A DNA stretch of 64,000 nt, from the NCBI GenBank assembly GCA_002633005.1, contig NMRA01000088.1, positions 58,186-122,185 of the forward strand, in the 5' to 3' direction. The number at the start of each line of letters is the position of its first letter. The first letter of the stretch is position 1. The DNA is from Phoronis australis. Lineage: Eukaryota; Animalia; Phoronida. The notes beneath the pieces were generated by a model that saw nothing but the letters and a program-made list of their open reading frames with translations, had not been told where the DNA came from and made no database searches. The position numbers and the translations under genes were made by a program. Positions 41,701 to 56,700 of this stretch are shown here, piece after piece.

Positions 41701-44700
41701 GGGTACAGGAAGTTGGTCACCAGAAACAAATGCCAAGACAAACTGAACAACATGAACAAAAATGGACAAATAAAATTAACAAAATGTGAGCATAACTCAG
41801 AAACCGAATAAAATGTGCAATCAGTCACCTCCAGAAATACCACAGCGCCCTCTATGATTTCGTAGTATTTACCTATAATGCTGTGTGTCAGTAGGGCACT
41901 TGTGCTACTCTTCACTATTATCAAAACTGATTCACTATTCGTCTCCCCACTGTAAGCCAGTCTTGTTACAGAGTAAGAAGCATTATAGACATAAACATAT
42001 GAAAAAGATGAGAGGGATGCAAAATATCAATCTTCACTTTCTCGACTTGGCTCAGAACTGTGTGCAGTAGCTTCACCTTTTAGAAACTAGATAAACCAGA
42101 CAATGCATTTTTCTACCTCTGCAACACAGGGCGAGCAGAGTTTTGTATACACAAGAATCTCAAGAGAAAATCAAGTCTGGTCCACATGCATCACTTTCAC
42201 TGCATGGTGATAACTCGCGAAGTCTTGCGTGACCTTGCATTTTCACAAGGTTTTTGCATAAACAGAACGCATGCCTGATGTTCCAAAAGGGAATGTCATT
42301 CGTGAACCAAAAAATTTAACTAAATGTACTTCCTTGAAATGATCTTTTGAACACTTTCGCACCCAAGCCAACCGAAATGAACCAGCTTTACCTAATACCT
42401 GACGAACTATAGAAAGAGTTCACTCATGCAGAATCTCAAGTCTGAACTTTATTTCAGATACTAACAATACATCTTTTCATGAGGCTCGATTGCCCCTCAT
42501 TGAATTTAAATCATTTTGGTGAAGTTTTCCTACAACTATTGACATTTTTCTTAACTTTTAAATGTCTCACAGTTTCGGGTAAAAAACGATTAAAACAGTG
42601 ACAGTGATAACAGTTTTGACTGCTTCACAGAAAAACAAGTATCATAATTTAAGAACCACTATGGAAAAAAATGAATACGTTTGATATCTCATCAAACGAG
42701 GAACAGATAGCGACAAAGAAATTGTTGACGCAGAAAAACCTGTACTAGGAAGAGAAGTCATGGGACTTACGCAACAATGATTTGATGTATAATTACTGGA
42801 CAGGTGTTAATAACAGATTAGAGCCTTGTGGAATGTACAGTAATTTTTGCAACATAATTTGTAAGAAACCTTTTTAAGAAACCTGTTTCCTGGGAAACCA
42901 CTCTGAGTTCATTTATCCATTGACAGGCCGTTGACTTTGGAAATTATCTAGTCATTGTTATCTGCTACTGTCCCAGTTATGTGGTGAGCAGCCAGCTTGG
43001 GATGAATTTTGCAACATTGCGACAGCAACATCATACATGAAAATGGATTTATTTAAAAGGATTTTGAACCCTGTTTTGATGAATTCAACGAATCCTCATT
43101 TTGTCACATGCTAAGGAATTCCTTGACATTGAAGGTTAAAGACAGGAATCAACCAAAAACTCACTTCCATTCTCATAAATTGGATAACTATGGTCCTTTA
43201 AATGGTAGGTGGTCTCTTCCCACAGTTGCTGTGTAATTCGCTAAAAGAGTAGGTAATGCTTGCCAGTTAAGCAGACTTTGAAAGGAGTTTCTTCCAACTT
43301 TTTGAGTGTTGTCAAGGGTTGCAGAGCATTATTTTGTAGCAGAGAACTAGACGGGTAAGTCGTTTCGGTTAATAAGACAAAATCTGATTTGTTATCCTTA
43401 TAAATAACAAATACAACATCTATTTCCTTTAGTTGTGATTTGATGAGTTTTGTCAGAACTGAACGGCCATGTGGTCACCACCATATGCCTGATATGAGTT
43501 CCAAAAATCAAGTAAATGTCTTATCAAACAAAAATTATTACCATTTTTGTACTTGCATCAAAAATAAGAGGAACTTTGCAGTTTCATGCGGTTTAAACCA
43601 TAGGGTGTTTTTCATGCAAATAGAAAGATGATAGGATCAAAGCAGAGTGGAAAATTACACTTTCTGGACTTTGAAAAAAGTTTCATCGTCTTTCATTAAT
43701 CAATAGCCACCACAAACATACAAATAATCTTTTAACTGGAAGAAGACGCAACTTTAAAGGAAACTTTACAACTTCAGTTTCAGCTAAGTTGCGTAAAAAC
43801 TAGTAAAATTTTGGTGAAGTGAGGAAAAATGATTGCAACAATTTAAACAAAAACAAAGTATATTTAACCATCAAACAAACATACATACATATATGTACCT
43901 ACACACCAAAAATGTTTATTAACGATGAACAGGGCCTCAGGGTTAATTAGTAATCTCGCTATTGTTTAGCTACACAATGAATATGAGGTATTCGATAATA
44001 ATCTCTTTTGTTTTTAAAGCACTAATTTCAGCTTTTCTTTCTGTGCCTGTTCACAAGGCAATAATCGATAAACCAACAACACCGATCTCCGCTAAATTAC
44101 AAAGGCTCCAGGGCCCTGAGGTTTCGTTCCTTTAACTGGGCCATGGATAAAAGAATAGGTCGGGTCGACTCAAATTGTTAATATACATGAGAGGTATCAA
44201 CATTTTAACCCGATCAGCCCACTTCCCAATGTTCTCCAGCTTATTAAGGCAGATAGAAAACTCGATACAAACAAGAGCCTTTTGTATGCGTGCAGTAATA
44301 ATTTACTTTTCATATTGGATCTTCTCAATTAGCATTCGCAAATTCATTTGGAACGCCTGACTAACTGAAAACAATACTCTGTCTCTCAGATACAGTGATT
44401 TTTCAGTACAAGTTATTTTTCAACTTGTCTAATGCTGATTCTTTTGACTCAGTTCAACAAAATGTCTAGAAACTTAACACAAAGCGTGACACGTGATTTG
44501 TTAGTCATGGTTTTCAAGTCCAGTGTAGAGTAAAATTTGGTGATCAGTGCCCAGGACTTTTTAAAGTATCCATTCTTTTTCATTGATTATGTTTATGTAC
44601 TACAGTAAGCTGCTTTGTGCAATAATGAAATGTAGGGTACGTTTTTCATTTGCTAAATTAAATTAAAATGGCTTTCTGTGCAATGTCCGGTTCAGCAAGC

Positions 44701-47700
44701 AATTTTACCTGAAACTCCACTCATGGAAGAAATATTCATGGGGCACTGTTTTTAAATCAAGAAGACATTGATGAAAAAATATGAGAATGAAAGTACCATT
44801 CTCTTAATATCAATTATGAGAACGGTACTTAGAAAGGTGACTAAACGTTGAACATGCAGTATCTTAACTACCTGCCCATATATCAGGAATTATTCAATGC
44901 CAGGTGGACAGCTAATCAGCTACATGTTTGACTGGGAGGTACAGCTGGAAAATTTAGGATACCCTTTCATTCAAACTGTGGTCTCCAAAAAAAGAAACCC
45001 ATTTGTAGGGCTCTTCCATGAAAGAATCGTCCCTTCAAGAGGGTGTTGATCCAGAATCAGCACCCTTTTGTAAAGGTTGACAAAAGCAACAGTAAGCTGA
45101 ATTGTAACCCATTAATGCTGCAACAGTCACAGAGGAAATGCCAAAGTTTTAAGAATACTAAGAAAAGCAAGTAACATTAAAAACCCTCTGTAAGTTTACG
45201 TATTTGGAAAATCAACTTTTTAGAGTGTTTCAAATTCCCAAAGAGTGCCCATTTGAGGACAATTCAATTGGAAATGCGCCTTTTCACCAGGAAGCAGAAA
45301 ATAGTCATTCTTCAGAGGGGCACATCCTGTATACCACTTCTGTGGGTGTAACCCCACAGGAATCTGTGTAGCCTAAAGGGACAATTTATCTGCCTTAAGA
45401 TGAAAAGACTGTCAGAGGGCAGGCAGGCTGCTATCTCTGACAAATGGCCTTGTTTTGACAGAGTTGATCAGGTTGTAGGGAGAGAGTTGGTCCTCTACTG
45501 GGGGTACAAGGGCTAAAGATACGCTCGGCTTATTTTAAGTATGCCACCTACAACTGTTTTCATCGAGACAAACTTCCGCAACTCAACAAACCATGCGCCT
45601 CCACTGGATGATACGGGAACACGTAAGAATTTGTGTCGGAGGTATCCTAGAAGTTCATTGTGAAAGCTTCACTGAAATCAAGATCAGACATGTTAACAGT
45701 AAAACCATGAGAAAAAACTCATTTCACTAATTTGTTCCAATAAAGGTGTTGTAACCCAGCTTTTTTCAATTAAATCTCCAATCCAAAAAGCAAGACTTCC
45801 AGATGAGATATAAATGTCGGACATTTTTAAGCCCTCTTTTAAAAAGGTATAGACATGGGGCATAATTCTAGCTCTTGTTATAAACATGGGTCGCATTTTT
45901 ACATCGTTGTCAGTAATAAATATTGTCCAAGACTTGTCGGCCCAGTTTCAACCCAAGACCCAACCACCCACCTACCTAGCCTAAAACGATGACTGTCACC
46001 GGAATAATCCCTTCTATTGATGGATTACATGACATTTCAGCACGTTATTATAGCCATTAAGGTCAAGTACCTCAAGAAATTAAACCTCTATCTTAATGAA
46101 AAAGATCGATCTACCTCCAGACACAGGCATTTTATGGTGGACACATGGTCTAATGGACTCTCCTTTTTCTGCAAGTTTCTGAAACACCACTTTTTCATAA
46201 GAGAAGGTATGCAAATAAAAGCTCATAATGCCGCTAAACGTACTAACCTAGAAAACATTGTATGACTTGCCTTGTGACGTTTATTACTCAGAGGAACCAT
46301 ATAGCAAAACTTAATTACATTGGTAACTAAAGTGCCGTCCACAAACAAACTTACCCTATAACAAGTTATTCCTGGAACGAGTTATCGCTAGGTTTGGAGG
46401 CTATGTGGACGCTATTTAAACTAGTGCAACTCAGTTGTGACAACTTAATCCATCGAGTTATCGCTAGGTTTGGAGGCTGTGTGGACGCTATTTAAACTAG
46501 TGCAACTTGTGACAATCCATCGAGTTATCGCTAGGTTTGGAGGCTGTGTGGGCACTATTTAAACTAGTGCAACTCAGTTGTGACAACTTAATCCATCTTA
46601 TTGAGGTAACTTGTTCTAGGGTAACTTGTGCCACTTCTATTTCCTGTGTGACCACAAACCTGTTGCAAGGCGGAAGTAACTATTATCAGCAGCGATTACA
46701 TACAGACGAGTTTTCTTTGCATGTCATACTCGCATTAAGTGTTCATTCATTATCACGGACTGAGCAACAACTTCTGCCTTACCCTAGTTATGGGATATGT
46801 ATGTGTGGACGCTCCACTTAATTGTGGGGTAAGTTGCACTAGTGCAAGATGTTCTAGGGTAGGCTGTGTGGACGGGACTTAACTCATTCTTAAGTTTAAA
46901 GGAATTGCCCCAACGCAAGTTGTAGAGTGATCACAAACTTACTTCTTCTTCTAATCTTTAAATTTAAATTTTGATCCTTCGTTTATTAAGCTTAAACCAT
47001 CGTCTACTGATATTTCACAACCACAAGATGGAGAGATGTCCGAATTAGCTTGACACGGTAATACCCAAATAATCAGACGCCAATCTGCAAAACTCCATGT
47101 CAGTGTAGAGTGATAATTTCCACCGTGTTTGCAAGGTGTCGCCAGTGCAAAGTGTCAACTATCCTAGATCTGACGAAGGGCAAGATTCACCAGGGTAACT
47201 AGAAGTCAGTGTACAACATGACTTAAGACTGAAATGGTAATGAACATAAGGTGAATTGGCGGCAGTAAAAGTACAAGAGTTTGAGCTGCAAAAATGTAAC
47301 TGAACGGCGAATGTGGATTTTGAATACAAGAAGGAACGACGTCAAATGCTGAAAATCACCATCTTTCACTTTATGCGTAGTATGGAGCTGTAGCCTCTAA
47401 TGATAAGTTCAGCAAGATATGAATTAACGCACGATTTTTCAGTTAGGAGGTCACTACACTAATGGCCCTGAAACCAGGCTTATAACAGGTAACATCTTTC
47501 CCAGAGGACACGTCAACATGAAGCTGTAACAAGATATTCTATATGATTTATCGCACAGCACTTCGCAGGAAATGATGCCGTGAAAAGGTAATAGTAAATT
47601 GATCAAAGTGTGACTAATCCAAGTGCCCTATCGCTACTTTACTGAACTCAAATTAATGAGGATTAAGAGGATATTAATTTGTGATTGCTTTTTGAAAAAA

Positions 47701-50700
47701 ATGGGATACCTGGCTTGACTTTGAAGGAAAGTCAGCGCTGACTTAAGCAGATGATAAACAGTAGCAAAGTATAACCCCTGAACCCTCTTATCTGTTGTCA
47801 AATGGAAAACACAAACAATTTTCGACTAACGACTAACGACTAATACCAAGTCAAAACATTTCTCCAACAGCAATATGGTACGATTCTATACTTTCAAGAT
47901 AAATATTTTTGTGACCTAAGCCAACCTAGTTTTAAGTATTCCTAAATAACCATGGAAACAAATTATAAATTATCATGCCATTTCTTTGAAGTTGGTGTCA
48001 TGATAATTCGTTCATGATTATGGGCCAGTTCAGGAGCTTATTTGGGGGCAGTTCAACTTGTTTGTTTACAGAGATGGCATAAGGACAGATAACTAGGTTG
48101 GTATTCAACATGTTTGCCAAGTGAGGCTTTTCAAATGCGCAAAACTTCCCGTTTTCTCCAGCTCGGTCTCCACTGACCAACTGAAAAGCAGCTATTTGAC
48201 AGATGTAGGTTTCACTCTAACCACGGCGGTTCCATGCAAGGGAAAAACCTATCACAGGTTCATTTCAAACATTTAAACTGAGCAACTATTAAAATCACAA
48301 AAACACATTAAAGATTTTCAAAAACAAAACACCACTAGAAAACATTTTTCGACATTTTCCTTGGTTGTATTGTCCGGGGTTTGGACAAGCTGACATAGTT
48401 AGGACTGAACTCCTGGAAATCAGGGCCAGGAACCTTATTTAAATAAAAATTTTCAAGAAATTAGGGTTGTATGGGCATACAGTAACCTGAAGCAGCCGCC
48501 CTGGCCACCGATGACTTTTTTCTGAGAGACGATATGTTCCAAAATGGCCAAATTTGGCCATTTTTTCGGGGGTCCAACATATAACGCAACCTTAGACCCC
48601 CAAAGTTTAAGAGCGAATGATGACTGTGTAATTTTTTAATTTACTGAAATTTCGACTTTTTCACAGTATTTTTTAAACACATTTATAGATCAATGATAAA
48701 ACGCACATCTCTTCATAACATGTTTGTATTATCTATAATCACACTTAATTGGCTAAAATAGAGTGACTTTCTCATAAGTTCATCACTTTATACATTCTTG
48801 AATATTCTTGACCTTGAATACAAGAGGACCCCTCACAGGTGATCACTAATTAATGAATAATCTGAACAAAGTTTGTGAAGAGATTGGTTCATAGGAGCAT
48901 TTCATGAACTTTGTTAAAGGTATGGTATTCATTTTTTAAGTTCAAGAATCATCACTGAGTTCATCGAAACTGGGAATAGTTCACGAAGTCATGAAATGAT
49001 GGGTTCATGAGCCTTAGAAAAACAGTTCATGAACTGTTCTTCATGTTCATGAACAGTAGCATAAGTTCATGAACCCGAGTCTAACGAATTCATGAACTTT
49101 CACAAACTTCATGAACTTTTTATGAACCATTCATGAACAATTCCGGAAATTTGATCATGAACTAATAATGAACTGTCCATGGATGTTCAGTGCAGAGAAA
49201 AATGAAAAAATATTGGCATTCACTTTTTAATTGCAAACATCCATGATCAGGAAAGAGAACAGTTATTAGCTCAAGAGCTATGCAGACACCTGCTTCATGA
49301 CAACTACCACCTGTGCTTTTTTGAATGGGCATACACTCATCTCTTATCTTTTCGATCTCTAGGATAGCAAGAACACGAAACGCAAGCATGCAGCCACTGA
49401 CACATATAGAAGCTGTCCTCCCCGAATTCGGCCTTTGACCAAACTAGATTAGTGACTGATATTTGCGGTGATTATTCCAGATGTGACTGAGCCTAGTAAT
49501 TTGGTCAACATCTTTTGATGATAACGCTTGAGGCATCGAACAAACACCGTTATCAGTGGAGCACTGGATCGAACCGTGTCGACAGGCAGGGAGCATACCT
49601 ATTGCCCCGAACGTGTTTGTCTACCTGTGCCAGAGCTCAGCCAAATATTTTCGTAATCAAGAATGCGAGTAATGCATGTCGACAATACGTCGTTGAGATT
49701 TGACCATGTAAGCGAAGCGAAGCGAGAGTGGGGTAATCCTTGACGATAACAAAAACAGTTCTCGTGATAAAGCACCTGATGGAATGTATTGAAATGTTGA
49801 TTTTAAACAACTTAAAGGAGTCTTTCACCCTATTTTGAGACAAGCTAAGATTCAGAAATCGTATTAGGCCTTTTAGTATTGTGATGATAATGTACCCTAC
49901 CATGACAGGATTCGATTTCTGCTACCAACTCAAATTGCATGTCGCATGTACACCATTGATTATGACTTGAGTTGGGAACGAAAACAAAATCCTGTCCATA
50001 GATAAGGAACATTTTGAGACGGATTCTATGGGAGTAAAGTGCAGCTTCAACTAACTTCAATAATAATGGATAATAACGGTATTTTACGTTGAAATGTTGA
50101 CCATGAATTCTTAAGTATTGTTACAGACAATGACAAATATAATTTGTTACTTAAAATTAAAAAAATTAGCGCGCATAAGTGATGCTAGTGAATACAAAGA
50201 TCTTTCCAATATCAGACTGCTCTGGGCAAAATTACGCCTGTTTTCGTAATTAACCGCAAAATAAAACAATCAGAGATTTTCTTACGAGAAGAGAAAAACA
50301 GAAATGTAGGTGGCAACACAATTTAAGAACTACGACGAATTAAAAGCCATTCGCTTTCAGAAATATCCTTCCGATTCAATTCGTTCGATTTAACACAACA
50401 ACGCAATTCATTAACCACGGTGGCAAATGTCAAGCTGAAAATGACACGTGAACAAAATGCGACAAACAGCAATTAGCTGAAAATGGGAAAGAAATTTAAA
50501 ATGTTGTAGTGCTCTGAGGAGCAAAAATATGTTGAGTTTCTACTAACGATCCATTAAAGTAGAGAGGCCATTCAAAATGCAGTGGACTGAGGTTTGTGCT
50601 CAATTCCTTAAACTCAGAATTAATGCATTTCAGAAGGAAAATGCTTTTACGTTGAAAAAGTTGCATCTCCTACATATCTCAAGAACATACCGTAATGTGT

Positions 50701-53700
50701 TTGACCTCAGGTTACAGAAACGTTAATTTATTCTAAGCTTAGGCCAAAGAAAATAGCACCATTGGTTGTGGGCTGCATCTGAATCACTGAAACCTCCAGG
50801 GAGTAATGTGGTCCTAGCTGAAACCGGTTTAAAGAAAAAAATCCACCCGCATCATTTTTTTAGCCAAGGTATGTGTTTTCTTAGGCCACCTAAACATATC
50901 TAAGGTAATTTTTTAATGAACTGACTTGGCAACTCAGTGACAATAACCTCTTTCATGACCTTGCTTTGACCCGGTTTTAACTCATGGCGGTCCCCTCACA
51001 ACCCCACACAAACGCCCACTCCCCGGTCGGCGAAAAGCAGTGAAGCGCGCAACTGTAAAACTGCAAATGGGGAAAGATGGCATCAGGTGACTTTTTCTTT
51101 TGGAAAATTGGGTAAACTAAAATGGATCACAGCATCAATTTTCAAAATGTCTGCAGACATGAAACAATGCTTTTTACTTTGGTTTGAAATAAAATTTAAT
51201 TGAGCCGCTTACGGCAATTTTTTTACCTTTGCCACAGGGGGTATGGAAAAATTTGACACACTGAAACTCTTCAGAAAAATGTAAAATTTCACCAATTTTG
51301 AGAGCAGCAAGTTTTTTTATCACAGAAATTCCATTATTTTAGACATTATTGATTTTCATTTTTAAGATTAAACACAGCAGAATCTCAACAATTTAGGACA
51401 CCTTATGGTGGACAGGTGAAATTTCATTTTCTCATTTTTTCATAAATGATGTGTAGTGCCAAAATCATGTTGCCAAGTTCTGTACCATAACTATCAACAA
51501 ACAATATTTTGAAAATTGTAATTAGAAACCCCTGAAAAATGAAAAAAGTGTTATTTTGTCAATTTGCCTGAAACTGGTGAGGTTTTAGCAGAATTGTAGG
51601 ATTGCTTGTTATCTACTTCTACCGACAATTAACACTTTTGTTATTTTTAGTGACAAAGATCTTAACATTTAGGAACACATGCCCTTTTCAAAGTTAAAAA
51701 CTCTAGAGTTTAGTATCATAGACATTTTTGAAAAAACATTTTCAAATCAAGACTTTTTGAAAAAAAATGTGAAATTCAAGCATTTTACTCCTCCAACCCC
51801 CCTCCCCAATTTTTCTGTGACTTTGAATTGAGGTTCATGAAAATTTTCTTCTGTAACACAAACTCACCATGACCAAATTGGGCAGTTTGACGTTGTTGCA
51901 CCATAGTGAGCAGACTTTTAAAAAAGTTTGAATATAAATGGGATGGTGGACGTTGATGGAAACATATTTTTTCTTCCAGATCAAGACTAACAATGCACAC
52001 CTGTACACAAACACAGGTAAACATCGATAGTAATTAAAATGTACTTGATTTCTTATCGGTCATAGGAAAATTCAGTTTCAAGAGCTTTGCTGGAAAAGCT
52101 ACATTGAGGTCTCCCACAATGCACCAGTCATGGTGTGAATTACGAGTTTGCCCCGAGTTAGGAAAATGTATGATGCAGTTAGGTCAATAACCTGGAAGTT
52201 GGACAAACACTCGCTTTCATACGCACTTCTTTTCATATCAACATTTTTGAAAGTATCAGCAAAAATACTATTATAACTATCCCATCAATAGGTAAACATC
52301 GATACTGCATCCTATCGATAATTCTTGCCAGCCCTACTGAAACTTTTCCACAAATCGAAGCCAGGCACTTACCGTACACTTGTTGGGCTTCTCGCCGGAG
52401 TGCACGCGCATGTGGATTAGAAGCTTGTAACGGGCGTTGAACGGCTTGTAGCGCCGCGGGCAGCTGTGCCAGAAACAAGTGAAGTCCTCGCCCTTACGCT
52501 GGTCAATGTGCACCTTCTCGATGTGCCGCACCAGCTCGTCCTGTTCTGTGAAGATATGGTTGCAGTCTATCCAGCGACAAACCAGCTGCCTTTCACCGTT
52601 GCCATCCTCCTCACCATTGTTACTGTCCGTTTTGTTCTGCACGGCTTGCTGGTAGGAAGGTGGCGGGTGAACAGGGGGCCGTTGGGACGTTGGCGGCATT
52701 GCGGCCGCGGCTGTCGACTGCTGCGGGTACATATCGACAGGCTCCTGCTTGTACATAATTGCCTGCTCCATATACTGAGCGTCAGAGGCAGCCATCACCA
52801 TGTGATTACCGTGGAACGACTGAGTGTCCATGGTGGCTTGCTCTAGGTTGCCCATCTCGTAATAAGGATCCTCCTGTTCCTTTTTGAACTGATGATGGCT
52901 GTTGTTATAGCGGCTACTGCCAGAGCTCGGTCGACTCGAAGAGCTCAGTTGATGGGTTAGAGCACCACCTCCTATCAGCGGCAGGGGGGACACATTGGTG
53001 GAGGAACCACGTGAACCATTAATGTATGCCACCAATGAAGTGGGCGAAGTACGTATCAACTGATTTAAGTCCAGGCCTTCAGTTGACAACGGCGACACTG
53101 ACAGGGCTCGTTTAATGGCCATTCTGGCTGATCGTGCTGAGTGGCGCGGGCTAGCAAGGTTCGACCCGGCCGGCGAAAGTTCAGCAAAGTTCGGATGCGG
53201 TGACAATGAATTGACACTGCCCCCATAGTGTGAAAAACCGCTGTTGGGGGTGTACGGTGGGTTAAAGTGATCGCCAATGTGGTGGCTACTATTGTTTACG
53301 CCAGGCAGGACTTTGTATGCGCCCCACTCTTGTTTGATTGGCTTCGGCTCAAGGAACCCATTCCTTGGGGACCGAGGTGTCATGACACTATTACGGTCAG
53401 ACAGAACAGGTGACAGGATGCTCGTATGTGGCGTGAGGCGGATGCTTGAGACATCGCTTGGAGTGGGCGACTGGTTCTGCAGAACAGAGCTGGGTAGCTT
53501 CAGACTGACGTTGAGAGGCTCGAGGCGAATTGAGCTGGCATTCTGTGACGCAGCCATCTTGCTATTCTGCGAGTACCCTATACACTGCGGCCCGTACCCA
53601 TTGCCCATATCTGTGAAAGTGAAGAAAGTGGTTTGTCAGTGTGTAAAACATCACAATACATCAGCACTGTCAAATATATTGCAAACTCTTAAGGGACAGT

Positions 53701-56700
53701 TTACAGTCATTTCCGTCCGTTTTCACAACAGTTAAAAACATATGCTTTAGGAATGGAGGGAACAGGTAAACCTTACTATGAATGAAAGCTTTTGCAGTCC
53801 TGAAAATGGTGGTATGAAAGACAAAATCCAACAATTTGTTTATCAATTTTTCACATTGTTAAAATATGACAAAACTTATGAAGCAAAATCCGAACACTTA
53901 TGTAATGGCTGTTATAGCCCATCTAATAGGACAAGTAAGAATTTGCAATGGACAATTTTTCACATTCAATTGAGTTCACTTCAAAAATATTTTTCAAAAT
54001 TTCAATTCACTTCTGGGAGCATCGGGGAAAATGAACATTTAGAGCAATCCTTCAAATGGTGATAATTGCAGAGAATAACTTCAAATCCATAACAAATCAA
54101 AAAGATCAAAACACAGGTCAGTCACTTTTAAATTTTAATAGCAATGTCCTTTAAGTCATGAACCCGTTCCTATACCGCAGATTGGTCTTCAAGTTAATGA
54201 CGACAATGTTCAGAGAAACGGAACAATTGTGGGTTAAATTACTCATAAATGCTCAAGTAGTGACAGCCAAGTCTTTTAATGGGTGTGTAATTCAAGAGAC
54301 ATCACGTCTTCACTTTCTGAAGAAACCTTGCGTTATCCAGATTGCCAGGGAGTTCCAAGAAGCCAATTGATTTCTTAAAGGCTAACAGAGGACCGCACTA
54401 CAGTGTGCTCAATAAACAGAATCTGGAAAAACTTCAAGGAACCAAACCACCAAATCAACTAAAGTCCAAATATTGTGAAAAAGTGCTGTCATTTTCCCAA
54501 TGGTTAAAAAGCACATCTCCAACATGTATCAGAAACAATAATCCCATGTGATAGACTGTTTTACATTGTGTTCACACATACTTAAAATTTGCTATCATCC
54601 AGTTTCCATCAAAAATAGATTAAGATTTAGACCAATTACTGCTATGAAACATGTCTTATCGGTGGAGATGAAAAGGAGTTTCTGGGTTTGGAAAGAACGT
54701 CTGACAGTTTGTTGTTGTCTGAAACAAGAGTATACAAGAGCAACGCGGAGCATTGAAATGCGCCCACGAAAGCTGCCCACAAATGGCTACTAGATGGCGC
54801 AAAATACATCAAATCCATCTGAAAATGGGAACATGCCATCGTTTCTTTAACAGAAAGCTACTTACCAATTTTCATAAAAATCTGTAGAGGAACTTCAGAA
54901 AAACAAAGGAAAGAGGAAAAAATTGAATTGCCACTAAGGGGCACAGCATTTGTCGAATGCATCTGAAAGTCGTCATCATCTGTTCTCAACTTCATATGAA
55001 TATACTTGATAAATTTAATAAAGATCCTGCAGTGGGTTTAGGACATACAGCTACGGGTGCCAAAAATGCCACCAGGTGGCGCCACAGTAGTTGAAGTCAT
55101 CATCGTCAACTGTCCTCTTCATACTAAGAACATATATGCCAACTTTCACAATCATCCTTAGAATGGATTGGTTGATAGAGGGGTGGACAACAAAAAACAG
55201 ATTCTAAAGCACCAAAAATGTCCACTAGGTGGCACAAAATACCTCGAATCCTTCCAAAAACGAGAGGACAGTGTCATCTTACCAACAGATGCCTGTAGTC
55301 CAAATTTTATGAAAATCCAGAGGACCTTTGAAGATACAGAGGTAAATGCAAAAAACTAACATTGTCACTAGGGGGCACACCAGTATACAGATCCCTCTGA
55401 AACTTGTCGTCATACTTTGTCAACTTCATATAAATAAACTTGCTAAATTTAGTAATGATCCTGTAGAGTGTTTAGGATATACAGTCATGGGCGCAAAGAA
55501 AACAAAACTATCAATAGGAAGCGCCACAGTAGCCGGAGTCATCGGAAAATCATCATCAGCCTTCCTCGTTATAGTAAGAACATGTACGCCAATTTTCACA
55601 ATCATTCTTTGAGCGGTTTGGTTGATAGAGGGGCGGACGTCAAAAAACAGACTCGAAAACATTAAAAATGGTCACTAGGTGGTGCAAAATACCTTGAATC
55701 CATCCAAAAACGAGAGTATAGAGTCATCTCATTAATAGATGCCTATGTGTCAAGTTTCTCACAAATCCGTTGACGACCTTTGACGCTACAGAGGTAAACA
55801 TAAAAAATAAAATTGCAACCAGAAGTCGGATCCACAACAATTCGTCGTCATCTATTGTCAGCTACTTAGGAACCCCTATGCCGAATTTCATCAAGATTCT
55901 GTGAGGGGTTTAGGAGATACAGCAGCAGACGCCGGACGCCCAGACACAGATGACAGGAATATGCACCCACATGTCAGTTCTTTCCAAGTCCACAAAAATC
56001 ACTTCGTGTCTGAGAAATGAACAAGGTAACAGCAGTTTTGTATGAGAAAGTGAAAGGCTGGTTTATATCAGAAAGTTTCATGGCCTTTCCCACCAGGTTA
56101 AATCTGGCTCAAACGAGGCATCGACGTAAACTGCAAAATTATTGCAAAGGAGCGTCGATGACCATTGTCAAACCTGAGACCCCTACTGATAACTTCGATG
56201 GATACAGAAGCTGAGTGTTCCCACTGCAGGGGCATGTTGACGTTTTATCATCAAATCTACTGCAAACATTTTTAAGTCTCGTCAGCACGCCACCTGTTGA
56301 CCTCATCACGTGACCTAATGAATACAAGTATGAAAAGGTTTCTGCCCCAACCAGAACACTGTGATGTGGCCAACAGGTAGCGTGCTGACCAGGCTAAAAA
56401 TGTTTGCGATCTACATTTATTTCCACACAAATTTATGACTTACATATTTTTATCAAATCCACATGCTTATGTGAAGTAAACTTGAGCTATTAAAACTTCG
56501 ATCCAAGACAAAATTTAAGCGTTCCCAGTGACTCAGATGCTCCTCTAAACACCGAAGCGTCGACATTAGTGGAAAAGGCATTTTACATAGATGGACCCTG
56601 CCATTCCGTTGTCACGAAACTCATAAATTACTTTGAGATAGACGACACCGAAATACTAACGATATGCAATTTTCATTACAAGATAATCAAGCAAACATGA

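Noticed and set aside
46378-46600. Possible CRISPR-like repeat array
   Set aside because: Head-to-tail units with no unique spacers, inside a MITE, in animal DNA with no cas genes.
52334-53608. Calling the gene GLI/ci, ZIC or GLIS2
   Set aside because: Finger 2 reads [14 protein letters not shown] (GLI has FKAQYMLVVHMRRH) and the N- and C-terminal motifs match GLIS1/3.
52466-53735. Plus-strand ORFs of 126 and 152 aa
   Set aside because: Antisense shadows of GC-rich GLIS exon 2.
53693-54150. TTAA-bounded Kolobok-like MITE
   Set aside because: Only about 5-6 bp of inverted match (GGACA/TGTCC); too weak to call.
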